Shown piece by piece: positions 1 to 14,779 of a stretch of 64,000 bases of DNA (position 1 is the stretch's first letter; each line of letters starts with the position of its first letter). The notes beneath the pieces were generated by a model that had not been told where the DNA came from, ran no database searches, and saw only the letters and a list, made by a program, of their open reading frames with translations. Where the stretch lies: the NCBI RefSeq assembly GCF_006345805.1, contig NC_043007.1, positions 47,058,001 through 47,122,000 on the forward strand, read 5' to 3'. A program made the position numbers and the translations under genes. Source of the DNA: Octopus sinensis. Its lineage: Eukaryota.

Positions 1-1216
1 AATTTCTAAATTTTCTCAACGATCTAATGGTTTGACGTGTCCCTTTCATTCCCTCTCATCGCCTCTTACCTTCTCTCTACCGTTCTATCGTGTAGAAGCT
101 AATCAGCCGTAACAAACACTGTTTATAAGGATGTGCTCAAAGTACAGTTACCTCTGTCTCCTTCGATCTTGAATAACAAAACTTGGCATGTCAACTTATT
201 AGATGCATAGTAATGATATAATAAAATTTCAACAATCATCGTCTTAAAAAGTCGGAAAACATCTGGAATGTATCTCGTACCATAGCCATTTGCGTATGAT
301 ATTTGATATAAATACATCGTTGAAATGCAAATTTACCACAGTATTCTTCCACATAGTTACATAAACTATGATACAGAAACGGGTGTGCGTGTGTGTATTG
401 TGTGTCTGTGTATTGTGTGTATGTGTGTATGTGTGTGTTTCATACAACTTTCATGTGCTGTATTTACTCACAATGTTTTGATCAATCCGAGGCTAAAGTT
501 AACTAAACTTGCCCAAATTCACACAGTAAGACTGAAATCGAACCCGCGTGATTTTCAATAAGGAATATCATGTATGAGGCTTACCACATGTGTTTTTTGT
601 TCAACATTGTTTTGAAAATACGGAATACATTATGAAAATCAAGTGAAAAGTAGATGTATAAATTCTTGTTTAACCTTTTACATATCGGACATCCATCATT
701 TCGTTGTGCAATTACTGTAGTGTATTTGAGCATATATAATTCATTTGAATCCTTGGCGTGCTTATCGACTTATATATTATGATTTATCGAATGTATGGGT
801 GCAAATTGAATTTAGGTGTTAGAATCAGCAGATGATATTGGTTTCTTCTCTCTGATATCTGATTATTCAAATGACATTGGTAGATCCTTAAATCAGAACT
901 AGCATACATGTCAAATTTAGGGTGCCCTACGTTATTAATCTTAAATATTCAAAAGTTTTGTGAAAACTACGTTTCATGTGACACAGACATGTGCTAGAAT
1001 CAAGATAAACAGGACAAAAATCATGTAACTGAAAAGAGCACATGGTAATTACAGGGAATTGATTTTAGGAACGTTGTTTTAGATTAAAATTATAGATTCT
1101 TTAGAATGTCATCGACTGTGAGAAAGAGTCTGATTGCACCTTGCCTTTGATAAGTTCTATATCACGTGTTTGCTCACTGCTGCTCGCTCCTAGCATTCTC
1201 TAGCTTTCAGGAATAG

Positions 1217-1250
1217 TCATACATACATACATACATACTTATACACACAC

Positions 1251-1285
<35 letters not shown>

Positions 1286-1320
1286 TATATAGACATATAT
1301 ACATATATATATATATAGAC

Positions 1321-1363
<43 letters not shown>

Positions 1364-1512
1364 GACATATATACATATATATATATGAATATATATATAG
1401 ACATATATACATATATTATATATGTATATATATATAGACCATATATACATATATATATATTATATGTATATATATATATATAGACATTATATACATATAT
1501 ATATATGTATAG

Positions 1513-1546
<34 letters not shown>

Positions 1547-1946
1547 TAGACATATATTAATAGATAGTATATATTATATATATATGTATATATGTCTATA
1601 TATATTATATATAATATATATATATACATATATATATATATATGTATAGATATGTCTCTCTCTATATATATATACATATACATATATATATATGTATATA
1701 TGTCTATATATATATATATACATATACATATACATATATATATATGTATATATATTATAATATATATATTATACATATATATATACATATATATATATGT
1801 ATATATGTCTATATATATATATACATATACATATATATATACATATACATAATATATATGTATATGTATATATGTCTAATAATATATATATATACATATA
1901 TATATATATGTATATATGTCTATATATATATATATATATACAGAAC

Positions 1947-1977
<31 letters not shown>

Positions 1978-2011
1978 GACATATATACATATTATATATA
2001 GACATATATAC

Positions 2012-2042
<31 letters not shown>

Positions 2043-2073
2043 ATATATATATAGACATATAGACATTAGACAT

Positions 2074-2115
<42 letters not shown>

Positions 2116-2137
2116 ATATATATATAGACATGTATAC

Positions 2138-2169
<32 letters not shown>

Positions 2170-2176
2170 GTATACA

Positions 2177-2207
<31 letters not shown>

Positions 2208-2330
2208 GACATATATACTATATATATGTATAATATATATTTAAATATATATATATAAGAGAGACAGACAGACAGACAGACAGGACAGACAGACAGACAG
2301 ACAAACAGAGAAATGAAAGAGAGAGAGAGG
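1217..2330. repeat. Compound microsatellite block (TA)n interspersed with ATAC/ATAG, then (GACA)n/(GA)n
   Basis: Direct inspection; explains the Y/I/M/C-only ORFs. Confidence 0.97.
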
Positions 2331-3793
2331 AAGAATAATTAAATCGTCTTGTTTGTGTTCTTGCTGTTCTGCGTACGCAACTCATGAATTATTAAAACGT
2401 ATCTTTCACAGAGATATATTTTTTATAAACGTAAATTCAGAAACAAGTAACTCGCTTGTATGGTTATAATATTTGATTTATAAAATCACATTTATAGATA
2501 GTGTTGACAATGACTGCACAGAGTGGATAAACTGTTTTCCTTTTAAATATAAAAACGCAGCCGTGTTTTTTTTTTTCGTGCAATGTACCCTACGTTTTGT
2601 ACTAAAATTTAATCAATAACACTTTAGTATTATTACACAAAGGAGTCAATTTCCTGTCTGTTTTGAAACTAAAAGTTAATTTGTCGACACCTTAATTGTA
2701 AACTCTATCCAAAAATGACGTTTATGACGTAGCCTTGATCATAAATTTATATTGAGTTTTCTCGTTTTCATTACCAAGTAACACAGTGTCACGTCTCCTC
2801 ATTTAAATCAATAGTTAATTTTCCTTATTGTTTATGATAAATAGTTAATGAACACACTGAATTTCTGATTACTCTTCCATTCGAATTGGCAATGGCGCCT
2901 TTATAATTACTGTCTCGATACGACAACACGCCCAATTAGTAATTCTAGTTCTACATAATACAAATCCTATCAACACCTCATAATTAACTCTGTGGTTAGT
3001 CTGCTTAAGAGGTTCGCCAGGGAGGACTTTCAGTAAACGCTTTAGCGTATAAACAAAATATTTTTCTGAATGAATTCACAATATAACTTAAATTCCTATC
3101 GAATGACCATTAATTGACTGCTCAATTCAGCAAGCTTAGATAATTTATATCTTGTTGATAATTGTCGTTTACCCAAACAGCATCTCATTGTTATCTTTAT
3201 GATGCAATCAATGCGTATAAGAGATTGTTGCACTGGTAACAGTATGTTTCACAGATAAGATAATAGATCATATGAATTCAAAATGTTTCTTTTAATCGGT
3301 GGGGTGTTGCTGAGACGCCATGCATAAATCACATTATAAACATTAAAGAAGGTAATAATAAATATTTCCATTAATTTTGAAATCAGTACAATATATAAGG
3401 TACGTCGAAATATTTTGTGAGGGGGTATATACAGACAATATGGGAGATTAGATTAATGTAATAGTTGTAATTATGTAGACGTTCTAAAATAGGCGTTTCT
3501 ATTGTATAAAACTGCTACGCTAGTTTTCGAGTAGTGACCGAGAATTGAATCGATGTCTGTCCACCATAGATTTATTCTCAGTCTTGATCATAAATTTGAA
3601 AAATATTAATATTTAAGAAACAAGCATAGAATACCATTCGTAAGGGCTGTAGACACATTTAAACTAATTTCGTTTAACGTTCAGCGGGATTTAACTTACA
3701 AAACCGAACATATTGAGTGATGTTCACATTCCTTTCATCAAATTTGCACTGTGTTTATGAATAATGGAAAGGAGAGAACTATGAATATAAGCG

Positions 3794-3861
<68 letters not shown>

Positions 3862-5527
3862 AGCAAGAATTTATATGTTTCTCAGCAACACCACGCTCCA
3901 TAATAAACGAGGTTCATGATTGTCAATACAAGCACAACAATACCTCAATAACAAATCGCAAAATATATTACAATTGTAATTTACTTTATCAGAATACCTT
4001 CTAATTTTATTTTATCCACATTCCTATCTTGATTTTGTTTACGCTATTGAAATCAGTTTATTATAGTTAATGGTGTTATATTAACTGCTGTTCCAATACC
4101 CTAACTGAAGTTTGATAAAACTAGTGATAAATACTTTACTATTATACTGAAATATAGACCAGTTAAATGAAAGCGCCTAAACAACATTGGGTACATTATA
4201 TCATGTACACAATTGTTGGAAATCTCTTGATTTTCATATCTTAGGTTATGTGTATACATTTATTATGTATTTAATGACGTTGTTTGTGTCTGTGCTGTTC
4301 AGTTAATTTTAACTCGATATGTTGAGACAAGCTAACACATTCGAGCTAAACTAGTAAGAACTGGCAACATTATATAATGAATTTATTATATATATATACG
4401 ATTTGTAATATAAAACTAAAATTCACCCAGGGGCTTATAGAAAGAATAATACACTTAGTGATGCTTCGGCGATAAGAATTGAAAATTAATGTCACTTGAG
4501 ATCCATGAAAAATATTTCATTTCAATAACAATGTTGCTAATAACTAATTTAGTTTTAATTTTTACTTGGATGAACAAGAAAGTGATAGTCATAAAAATTA
4601 TTCTATTGGCCAATAAAATTTAATGTATCCAAAAATTATATTAAGTCAATATTTACATTTTACACTTCAATTATTTTTTTATTGAGATATAAATATATTA
4701 TTAAACATTGAGATATAAAAATATAAGGCATGCAAGCAAAATTTAATTTTTTATTTCTTGTTATTGTTTTGTTGTTTTTTGTAATATACGGTATGGTATA
4801 TTTATGCGAAAGCAATCTGTTAATCTTTGTAGGACATTAAAAAATTAATCTTTGTAGGACATAAAGTTTTCAGAGGGAAATACTTTTATACTAAATTGTA
4901 TCTACGAAAACTTAATCATAAAGACTGCAAATCAATAATTTTAGCGAACTGTGAAACAAACGGAATTTTACATATGGCGGTCTTTACAGTTAACAGCTTT
5001 CGAAGATCAGTACGAGTAAGCGATTAACTGACCTATAAACGGCATCTTCCTATTTTTTATACTATAGAAGTTTCGTTACTTGTAAGAATTATAAACATAT
5101 GACAACAAATGCTTTCATTTCATCTTTTATATCCATTTAAACCCCCTAACCGAAGATCATATATTGTTAACGCAATGATTGCTTTCTGTTGACTAAAGAT
5201 AGAAGTCTTCCATTTCGAAAAACTTTTCGACAACGTTTCAGGAAATATTGTAAATAAACTGATTGCTTTATATGAAAATGTTATATATTCCCATTAATTT
5301 CCAGATTTTACATAAACAGAACTTAGTGGAATTTGACGTCTAACTGATGAAAAAGTCACAGATAAAAAAATATCTCTGGTTTTCGTTTTTCATTTATTTA
5401 TTGACTAATTCTTACAAAATGACCAGAACTTCAGAAACAGTATATATTACAGTAAGATGTTGCGTTTGAAAATTTATGTGATACATTGTTAGATGTTTTA
5501 CTATGACGATTAGATATAGATTATAGC

Positions 5528-5574
<47 letters not shown>

Positions 5575-7559
5575 TATATATATTCGCTATACTTTTTTCC
5601 AAACTAACTTCTAGCAACGTCAGCAAAACTTAAAATATCTGCATATTGTAAGCCAAGACCACTAAGTGACGATTAACTTTTAGTTTTATTTTCTCATCGT
5701 GTGTGAGTTGTAGCCTGTATTTTCCGAATGGGGGAATAATTATAGATCAGATCCCAATTGTCATTGCCATGTTTGTGAATATATTAATATTTTAGTGCTA
5801 GGATGAGAGTGGTATGAGTGTAAAACAATGGTTAAGTTATGATATGCATTAGATTATTTCGCTGCTTAAGCTCCTTTAAAATATATGGCCATTTTTATCA
5901 ATTGGAATTTTATTGTACAAGCAAATTCAGTTTTACTGTATAAGAAGAATATAAATCTTCAAGTACATCCTTACTATTTAAGGCGTAATGGATAGACTTT
6001 TGATGCTTACAGCAGTAACCTTGCACCATATGAAATAGAATTTTGAGCATTAGTCAGAGATTCTCTTCTATCGCAAAGTTGAAAAGCAAGTATTTTTTTC
6101 TGCTGGATAAGACACACTGATCCATCATTGTAAGCGTTCACAAATCTTCTGCCTACCCCCGTTTTATCCTAGTAAATACATAACAAAATATGAAGTTTAT
6201 CCTCTGTCCAAGCGAAAACAAATACCTGCTCTTGATATGAAATTACAACTCGAGGAAAAGTAATCTAATGCCTTAGTATCTACTTCATTAGCTTGTCTCT
6301 GGGGATTTTATGTGAGACCTCAATGAGACAATTTTGTGACAGAATAGTTTGGACATTTACTGCATTAACCGCTATATTCAGAACTCACCAACCGCTGATT
6401 TTATGTGACAATATAAAATGGTGATATATTCTCGTCTTTCATGGTGATTTTATGTTAAGTTTGTTCTTGGGCTATTTCATTTCATTTGTTATCTATATCT
6501 CCGATTTTAAATCACATCAATATTTTAAACAGGAGCTAACTGGCCAATAAATCAATGGAAAAAAGTCAAAGATTTTGGTGCTGACCCATTGAACTGTTAT
6601 GAGATGAGTACCGGCTCTGGTTCTCATCTCATAATTTTATGAATTTTATGTGTTTATATAATTAAGTAAATAACTATAAATGTGTAGGTCGTTCCATAGG
6701 TAAATTTACATTAGCGAGCTCTAAATAAATATTACTATGACCAAAGTTTTACACCTTATAGCGCGTGTCTAATAGACTGCCGTTTCAGAAATTTCCGGAC
6801 TTCATAGCTCATACAGCTCCAATGAGTGATATAAACGAAAAGTAAAAAACAAAATTAAGAAAATTCACATTTGCATGTCATGTGAAGCGTACAGCAAGCT
6901 AGCAGCGATCTCTTTGGTTCTCTGCCAAATGGTTAACTAAACAAATATTTTATGAACACTGCAAATTCCAACATACTATAAGGCAATGATTTTGGTTTCT
7001 CTCTATATATAAAGCAAGAGACTGAAAGAGAGAAAAGAGAGAGTGATGGACATTATCTATCTATCTATCCATCTATCTGTCTGCATGTTTGTATATGTAT
7101 ATATATATATATATAAATTTAAAAAGGAATGTAGAAAATACACTACGAAGGATATATCGTAAACAGTTCGAAATTATTTACTAATATATCAATGACCAGA
7201 CCATGCAATCAAAAATGTTTTTCTTAAAAGAAGTGTGTATAATTGTGAATAAAACACAGACGGAGAGGGTTGCAAAAAATAGAAATAGCATCAAAACCGC
7301 TATAAAGCCATCACAACCACTCATATTATATCTCCGCAACCATAAAAGCTGTCGGCGGGTGACATGACATAAAATTCAAAACCTACATAAACGGTTAGTC
7401 CTCTATTGGAATTTCGAAGTTAGGAACCAAAACTGATCCACTCTTCTGTTCGGGAGAACACTCCTGTAGATAAAAATTAACACAAAATTCATTGCAAATA
7501 CAGATTAGCACAAACAAAAAACATTGTAAATATACATTTATACATGAATATATAAATAT

Positions 7560-7623
7560 ACAAATATATATATATTTATTTATTCATTTATATTTATATT
7601 ATATTTATAATACATATATATAG

Positions 7624-7670
<47 letters not shown>

Positions 7671-7931
7671 TATATATATGCATTCATGTATATCTATACA
7701 TATATACATATATATGCATTCATGTATAGCTATACATATATGAAAATACATATACATATATGCATACACAAACTAGTATGTATTATATATATATATAATA
7801 TATATATATATATTCAATATAAAATAGTGTACAATTTAAATTGAATATGTTGTCTATTGACTATTCATACATGCTAGGCCACTAGTGGTGATATTTCTAA
7901 GAATATCCGATACCCTATATATGTATATTAT

Positions 7932-8020
<89 letters not shown>
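7560..8020. repeat. (TA)n-rich microsatellite blocks
   Basis: Direct inspection. Confidence 0.9.
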
Positions 8021-8023
<3 letters not shown>

Positions 8024-8187
8024 CAAATAAGAAAATGGAGGAACAAATTCATTTCGATCATCAACTTACGGATATTCCAATTTCATATTATTTATTAGTT
8101 ATACAAAAAGGAACATGAAAATCGAACAAAACAATATACATCAATATGCAAATTAATAATTCAATAAAAATAATACAAATAAAGTGC

Positions 8188-8319
8188 TCCTAACACCTGT
8201 TTCAACCTATGGTCAAGAGGCAATCCGCCTTAAATTGCTCATCTATGCCATTATAGTATAGTCTTAGACATTAAAGATTATATTTGTTTGTTTAAATAAC
8301 CAAAGGCCTCGTCAGAGGA
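8188..8319 (-). ncRNA. Type-I hammerhead ribozyme motif with extended stem II
   Basis: Minus strand reads UCCU-CUGACGA-GGCCUUUGGUUA...UGACCAUAGGUU-GAAAC-AGGU-GUU-AGGA. Stem I 4 bp, stem II 11 of 12 pairs with a large loop, 2-bp stem III, intact core. Confidence 0.7.
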
Positions 8320-8451
8320 TATACATAACTACAAAGTTATAATAATATAATAATATAATAATAATAATAATATTGATATATAAAAAACATGCTTCCCATA
8401 CTATCCAATAAGAACAAGAAAATAAATGGTAAAACAGATACTCAAAATACC

Positions 8452-8487
<36 letters not shown>

Positions 8488-8745
8488 ATTAAAACACATA
8501 TATACATATAAGATATACAAATATACATACATATACACACACAGTGCAAATACATGAAGAACAACTTTGAGCAGTATATCACATTGCTATGGATTATCAG
8601 TAAGTGCATCCAACGCAATATAGTAACAAAATTCATGAAGCAATGTACCAAGTATAAAAGTTCACACTTGCATATATATATGCTGCTTTTAAATTAATAT
8701 ACATGATGCTTTTAAATTAATAAATAAACACTTCGATAAACTGAG

Positions 8746-9808
8746 ATGTGTTTTCTCTTCGAACGCATCACCGGCGCAACAACAACAACAACAACCTCAA
8801 CAACAAACTCAGCGGCAACAACAACAACAACAGCTACAGCAACAACAACAACTTCAGCAGCAACAACTTCAGCGGCAACAACAACAACAACCTCAACAAC
8901 AAACTCAGCGGCAACAACAACAACAGCCTCAGCGGCAACAACAACAGGTTGAACCACTCCTTGATTCATCTACAATGGCCGATTTCTAAACGAAACGATT
9001 GACCCCCCAGTCATCAGGGTCACACAGCAGGAACAAACCACCCCTTCCTTTCACTGCCCCAGCAGCTCAATCATCATCACTGTCAACCACCATCTCCTCT
9101 GCTTACTACTACTAGTACTACTCCCCTATGTATCGACAAACATCTTTGTCTACCGCTAGCTCATGGAATCGACCTCCTCAATCATTACCACTGTCAACAT
9201 CTCTTCTACCTACTACTATTACTACTACTACAACTACTACTACTAATGCTATCTCAAGGAATTTACCTCCTACAAACTATCATCTACACCTCTCACAACC
9301 CACACACACACACGCACCTACACACCCACTCGAAACCCCATCATTTGCCGATATTCTCTTCGCCATAGACTGTGCACTGATAGAGACTGCAAATTCACCC
9401 ATTTACCTGGAACAAAACGCTCTATCCCCACAAACTACAACAGCAGCCACCATAATACAACACCACCACAACCACCAATATCTCAAACAAGGAATCCCCA
9501 AATCTGCCGCTATTCCCAGCGAGACAGATTGTGTTTGCACAGGGATTGCCCCTTTACATCTCCCGGGGACTCGTCGGACAAATGACATTATAAATAAAAA
9601 TAAAAGCAAAAAAACCTACAACTCATATAGAAATAACCACTCATATAAAAATAACCACAACTACAGTCACCTACAGTTCCCTAGACAGGAAACCACCTCT
9701 TCTTCCTCTTTTTTAGCTATAATGAATCTAGCAAAAGAACTGGAAAGAAACATCCGAGCTATCACCCACCACCATCCACCACTATTACCCCACTGCACAT
9801 GCCATTAA
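8746..9808 (+). pseudogene. LINE-A ORF1 remnant, Thr/Ser/Pro-rich low complexity, frameshifted
   Basis: Lies immediately upstream of and overlaps the ORF2 start. Ends in an FL..(L/M)A...-type segment like LINE-B ORF1. No recognisable domain. Confidence 0.55.
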
Positions 9809-12800
9809 AAAGCAATCAAATAAACAAATCACCAAAACAATTAAAACCATCCACTCTCGCCTCAACATTTCTGCTTAATGCCCAAGGCATCAGCCCTTCC
9901 ACCAATACACAAAAATGGAAGATAAGATTCCTGGAGGACTGGGTCGAGGCCCATCCAAACCACATCCCTTTCTTCGTCCCCACTGAAACCCATCTTAGTA
10001 ACCTTCACTTGGAAGCCGAGGTGAAATTTAAAAATTTCAAAACCATTCGTGCCGATCGTGCTGGCAGAAGAAAGGGTGGGACTGCCATTTATGTTCATGA
10101 TTCATTCTCAACAGAAGCCATGAACATATTTTCCAATGGATACTGCGAATCAGTCGCTGTATTCAGTCAAACCAACAACTTAACAGTAGTTGGGCTCTAC
10201 AGACCACCCCAAACGCCCCTACCATGCTTCAAGGAATGCCTCAACAGCATAAAGTGTTTCATTCAACAGTGTCAACCTGACAACATTTTAATGATGGGAG
10301 ACTTCAACCTTCCCGGGGTTCACTGGTCTACAAACAGTCTGCCGCCAGGTTCTTCTCTCTCAACCCCTGACAGGGAGGCAGTGGAATCGCTTCTTGACTT
10401 CATGGATGATTTCTTCCTGTCCCAACTGGTACTCGAACCAACGAGATGTCATAAAAACGTCTTAGACTTAATTTTCAGCAATCACACTGATACTATCCAA
10501 AATATTGCAGTGGAGAAAACCCTACTCTCCGACCATGACATGGTTCTCTGTGATCTGAGATTTCACTGGCCAAAATGCAAAACAAATGTCATCCCTCCTG
10601 TTCATCCATTTGACACTATGGATTTCCACAATGCAAACTGGGAAGCGATCAATAATGATCTTGCACAAGTCGATTGGTCCTTCACGCACACATACACACC
10701 CACTAACATCAAAAAGTCCTGGCAGTAACTTGTAGACACTATTACGAACATATGTGCAAGACACACCCCATTAAGATCTGCAAACAAATCTAAGTGTCGA
10801 ATCCCTAGAAATAGAAAATCTCTCATCAGGAAAATTAAAAGAATTAACAAAAAGATCAACAAGCTGAAATACTGTCAACAGCAACACACCAACCTGACTG
10901 CCATCTCGTCGCTAGAGATTAAAAAACATAAACTCCAAAACAACATGATGTCTATCATCAATAGTCAGCGAAGAGCTGAAGAGGCCTGGGCCATTGAGAA
11001 GATCAAACTCAATCCCAAAGTGTTCTTTTCATTTGCAAAAAAACACAGAGTCACTGGTTCTACTGTTGGCCCTCTGATTGATGAAAATGGTACTCTTCAA
11101 GACAATGCCAAAACCATGGGAGAGATATTGCAGAAACAATATTGCTCTGTTTTCAGCAATCCTGATATGACTGATCTGGTCTGTATCAGTGATGTTACTC
11201 CCCAATACACTTTATCGGACATAACCTTTGGCGCTCCTGGTGTCTTAGAAGCAATAAAGGAAATGAAGCATAATTCAGCAGTAGGTCCCGATAGGTTCCC
11301 TGCTTGTGTCTTGAAGATGTGTCAAAACCAAATTGCACCCCCTCTAGCCAATCTGTGGCGTAACTCACTGGATGCTGGATATATACCAGAAGACCTTCTA
11401 TCCCAGTCTGTTGTCCCAGTTTTCAAAAAAGGAAACAAATCGCTTGCCGTGAATTACCGTCCAATCTCACTCACCTCTCATATCATTAAGGTATTTGAGA
11501 GAGTGCTGAGATTGCGTATGACTCACTTCCTTGAGAGTCATAATATGCTGAACCCTAACCAGCATGGATTCCGTAATGGGGGAGATTGCCTGACGCAGCT
11601 ACTGCATCATTTTGATGACATTTTGAGAGCCTTGGGAGAGGGTTCCAACACTGATGTCATCTACCTTGATTTCAGCAAGGCCTTTGACAGGGTTGATCAT
11701 AAGATCCTTCTGAGAAAGCTGTCCAATATTGGTGTCACTGGAAAGCTGCTGCAGTGGATCAAGTGCTTCCTGTCTAACAGAACCCAACATGTTGTAGTAG
11801 AAGGAGTCAAATCCAGCCCAGCCAAAGTCAGCAGTGGTGTCCCACAAGGCACTGTGTTGGGCCCACTTCTCTTCATCATCTACATAAATGATATTACTGA
11901 CACCATCAAACACAGTAACATCAGAACCTTCGCTGATGATTCAAAGCTCCAGAAGGTCATCAATGGCGTGGATGACCGAATAAACCTTCAGTCAGACCTA
12001 CTGACTGTTGTCCAATGGGCGGAAAAGAATAACATGTTGCTAAATGAAGACAAATTCGAACTGATCCACTTTGGAAGGGAGGACGCTCTGAAACTCCCAT
12101 ACTCTCTTCCTTCTGGAGAAATTCTCATGGCATCTAACAACATCAGAGACTTGGGAGTAACAGTGGACAACATAAGCTGGGCTACACATATAAGCAGCAA
12201 AGTTGACATGGCCCGCATAATGTGTTCCTGGATTCTCAGAACCTTCCAGTCGAGAGATTCCCACACTATTATCCTTCTCTTCTCCACTTTTGCCCGACTC
12301 CACCTTGAATACTGCTGTTCACTGTGGTCTCCCTACACAAAACAAAATATTATGAGAATTGAAGCTCCCCAAAGGTCAATCACAAAAAGATAGATGGCAT
12401 GTCAGACCTTGACTGCTGGGTTAGACTAGAGAAGCTGAAATTGTATTCACTCCAACGACGCCGTGAACGCTACATTATCTGTATGATGTGGAAAATATTC
12501 CATCAGCACTGTCCGAATGATGTTGGCATCACCTTCAAAATACATCCAAGGCTTGGACCACGTGCCATCCGTCCACAACAAAAATCTAAATAGCATCACA
12601 TTACGACAATACGGCACAATTATTTCACCTCAATCGGACCCGCTCTCTTCAACATTACACCAGGACACGTCAAAAAAGAAACTGACCACACAAAATTCAA
12701 GAAGTCTTTGGACAAATTCCTTCAAACAGTCCCGGACAAACCACCCACAACCGGATATGTCTCCGCAAACAATAACTCTCTGCTCGAATGGGCTTTGGTG

Positions 12801-12843
12801 CCCAGATCCTGAACTGAAAGACTTCGCCAGGTGGTGCTATTAA
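9799..12843 (+). pseudogene. LINE-A ORF2: apurinic endonuclease + reverse transcriptase
   Basis: APE motifs ETHL, YRPP, MGDFN, LDLIF, SDHD. RT motifs YRPISLTS, QHGFR, YLDFSKAFD, GVPQGTVLGP, FADD. C-terminal LEYCCSLWSP and LYSLQRRRERY. In-frame stop at 10726 and frameshifts after about 12390. Confidence 0.95.
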
Positions 12844-12895
12844 GTTAGACATGGCCTGGGCCAATACTGGCCAAAACCTTTCTAAGTTATTCTAA

Positions 12896-12936
<41 letters not shown>

Positions 12937-14668
12937 CTAATACATATATATATATATATATAAATATATACATATATATATTATATTATATTATATTATA
13001 TTATATTATATTATTCATACGAAAAATATAATAAAGGGGATATATAATTTGGTTGAGTATTAAATGTGTTTTAAGGCATCGAGTAAGAAGATAGTTATAT
13101 TTTATTCAAATGGGATGGTCAACACATGAACTTAAATTGCTTTTCAGTAAGTTCAAAACAGTAAGTCGTTATATTACAGTCATCCATTTCATCAACACCA
13201 ACTAGTGACATTTAAAATCAGTAATGTCACGAATTTGAACTCGGAGTTAAACAAAATGAAATATATTGAAACGCAATAATCTACGTAGATATATTAGTGT
13301 GCCAATTTACAAGATGGTATCGAAATGAACATTAATTTATAGCATTGATAAAGTGCCATCACAGGCGAAGTTAATGTTGGTGTATTTAAATATAGCTTCC
13401 TAAAGTTTACATACTTTATCTTGCTATGAATTATGGAAGGGAACACAGTCTGAGAATATAAATGGTCATTATTAAATACTTTAACGCATTTCCTCAGACA
13501 GATCTGTTTCAGACACAGTTGTCCTGATATAATTGAATATTAAAACACACAGACTGCTTATAGCCACCATTTAAAATCTAGCTTGAAGGTAATATCCAAA
13601 TAATATAGATTTTTTTGTTGTTTCCGAGAAAGTACACATGTAACAGTGTTTACTACCGAACGCTTCCGTAATCCATGGTCTCTTCCATTGGATTAGTATC
13701 TTTATCGATTTCATAAAAGACGTATATGCTAAGAATAGAATATGGGAATCAAAAGAGCAAAAGACGAAGAACGGTAATCGGAATTTAAAAATAGGTTTTA
13801 AACTTGACTGACCGAAAGATTAACTCAATTCTACACATGAAATACCAGCGTGATTGCTTGCAACGTATCCAAAGTATATTTCCAGGACAAATCAATAATT
13901 GTTATAAATATTCCCATGATATTGTTAATAAAAACAATTAACATTAAATATCGAAGTAAAAGGTGAGTTTCCGACAAGGCCAGTGCAATTTGGTTTCTGA
14001 TATTCCATTAAAGCTTTTATTTAAGTTCCTGATAAAGACACGGAACACATATAGATTCCGTATCCTCTGGCCATGAATTTTTAGCACTCGTTCTTTAAAT
14101 ACCTTTTCTTTCTATTTTCTGCACTCTAATTTCAGGTTCCACCGGAGTCAAGTTTGCCTTTCCTCTTTTCCGTTTCAATTTATAAAATGCCAGTCAGATG
14201 TGCGAAGATTGATGGATAGGATGTTTTGTTGTATGTGTTCCGAATCTGCGTCTTGATAGCAAAGCTGCCTCAGCAAAGGCGCCAAGTTCTATCGATTCGT
14301 AACTTTCCTACTGACAACATCGATTGTATGGACAGGGAAAATTGTTATATCTAAACATTTTTACTACAAATATTGACAATTTTTGTAACAACAGATAATC
14401 TCTGTTATAGGGCTGGCATCACTACGGCATATATAGAATGCGACCCACTTCGTATCGCTAGCTCTTTATATTTTGGTTATTTTATTTTAGTTGTGTTGCT
14501 AACGACTTGTAAAAGCTATGAAGGTCACAACTGCTGGTTCATTGTTGACCAGCATTAAGCCATTTATATTTAGTGATAATAACTTAATATTGATTGTAAA
14601 ATAAATTATGCACTTCGATTGACATGAAATTTCAGATAAGAATCCATTCAGTAAGACTGATTGTGAGG

Positions 14669-14709
<41 letters not shown>

Positions 14710-14719
14710 TATATTTATA

Positions 14720-14750
<31 letters not shown>

Positions 14751-14779
14751 TATATATATATATATATAATATATATATA

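Larger units (their letters stand above)
8740..12896 (+). mobile_element. CR1/L2-group (Jockey-group) non-LTR retrotransposon, LINE-A, decayed
   Basis: ORF1 remnant, APE and RT ORF2, 3' stem-loop and (TTCTAAG)x2 tail ending in (TA)n at about 12897. The 5' boundary is uncertain. Confidence 0.92.

Noticed and set aside
7400-7467. Minus-strand acceptor ttttatctacag followed by ECSPEQKSGSVLVPNFEIPIED*
   Set aside because: No recognisable homology and no linked upstream exon.
8975-9025. CUGAUGA...GAAAU on the minus strand
   Set aside because: Stems I and II do not pair.
14136-14330. Strong plus-strand acceptor and complex-looking sequence
   Set aside because: All frames close early; no motif recognised on either strand.
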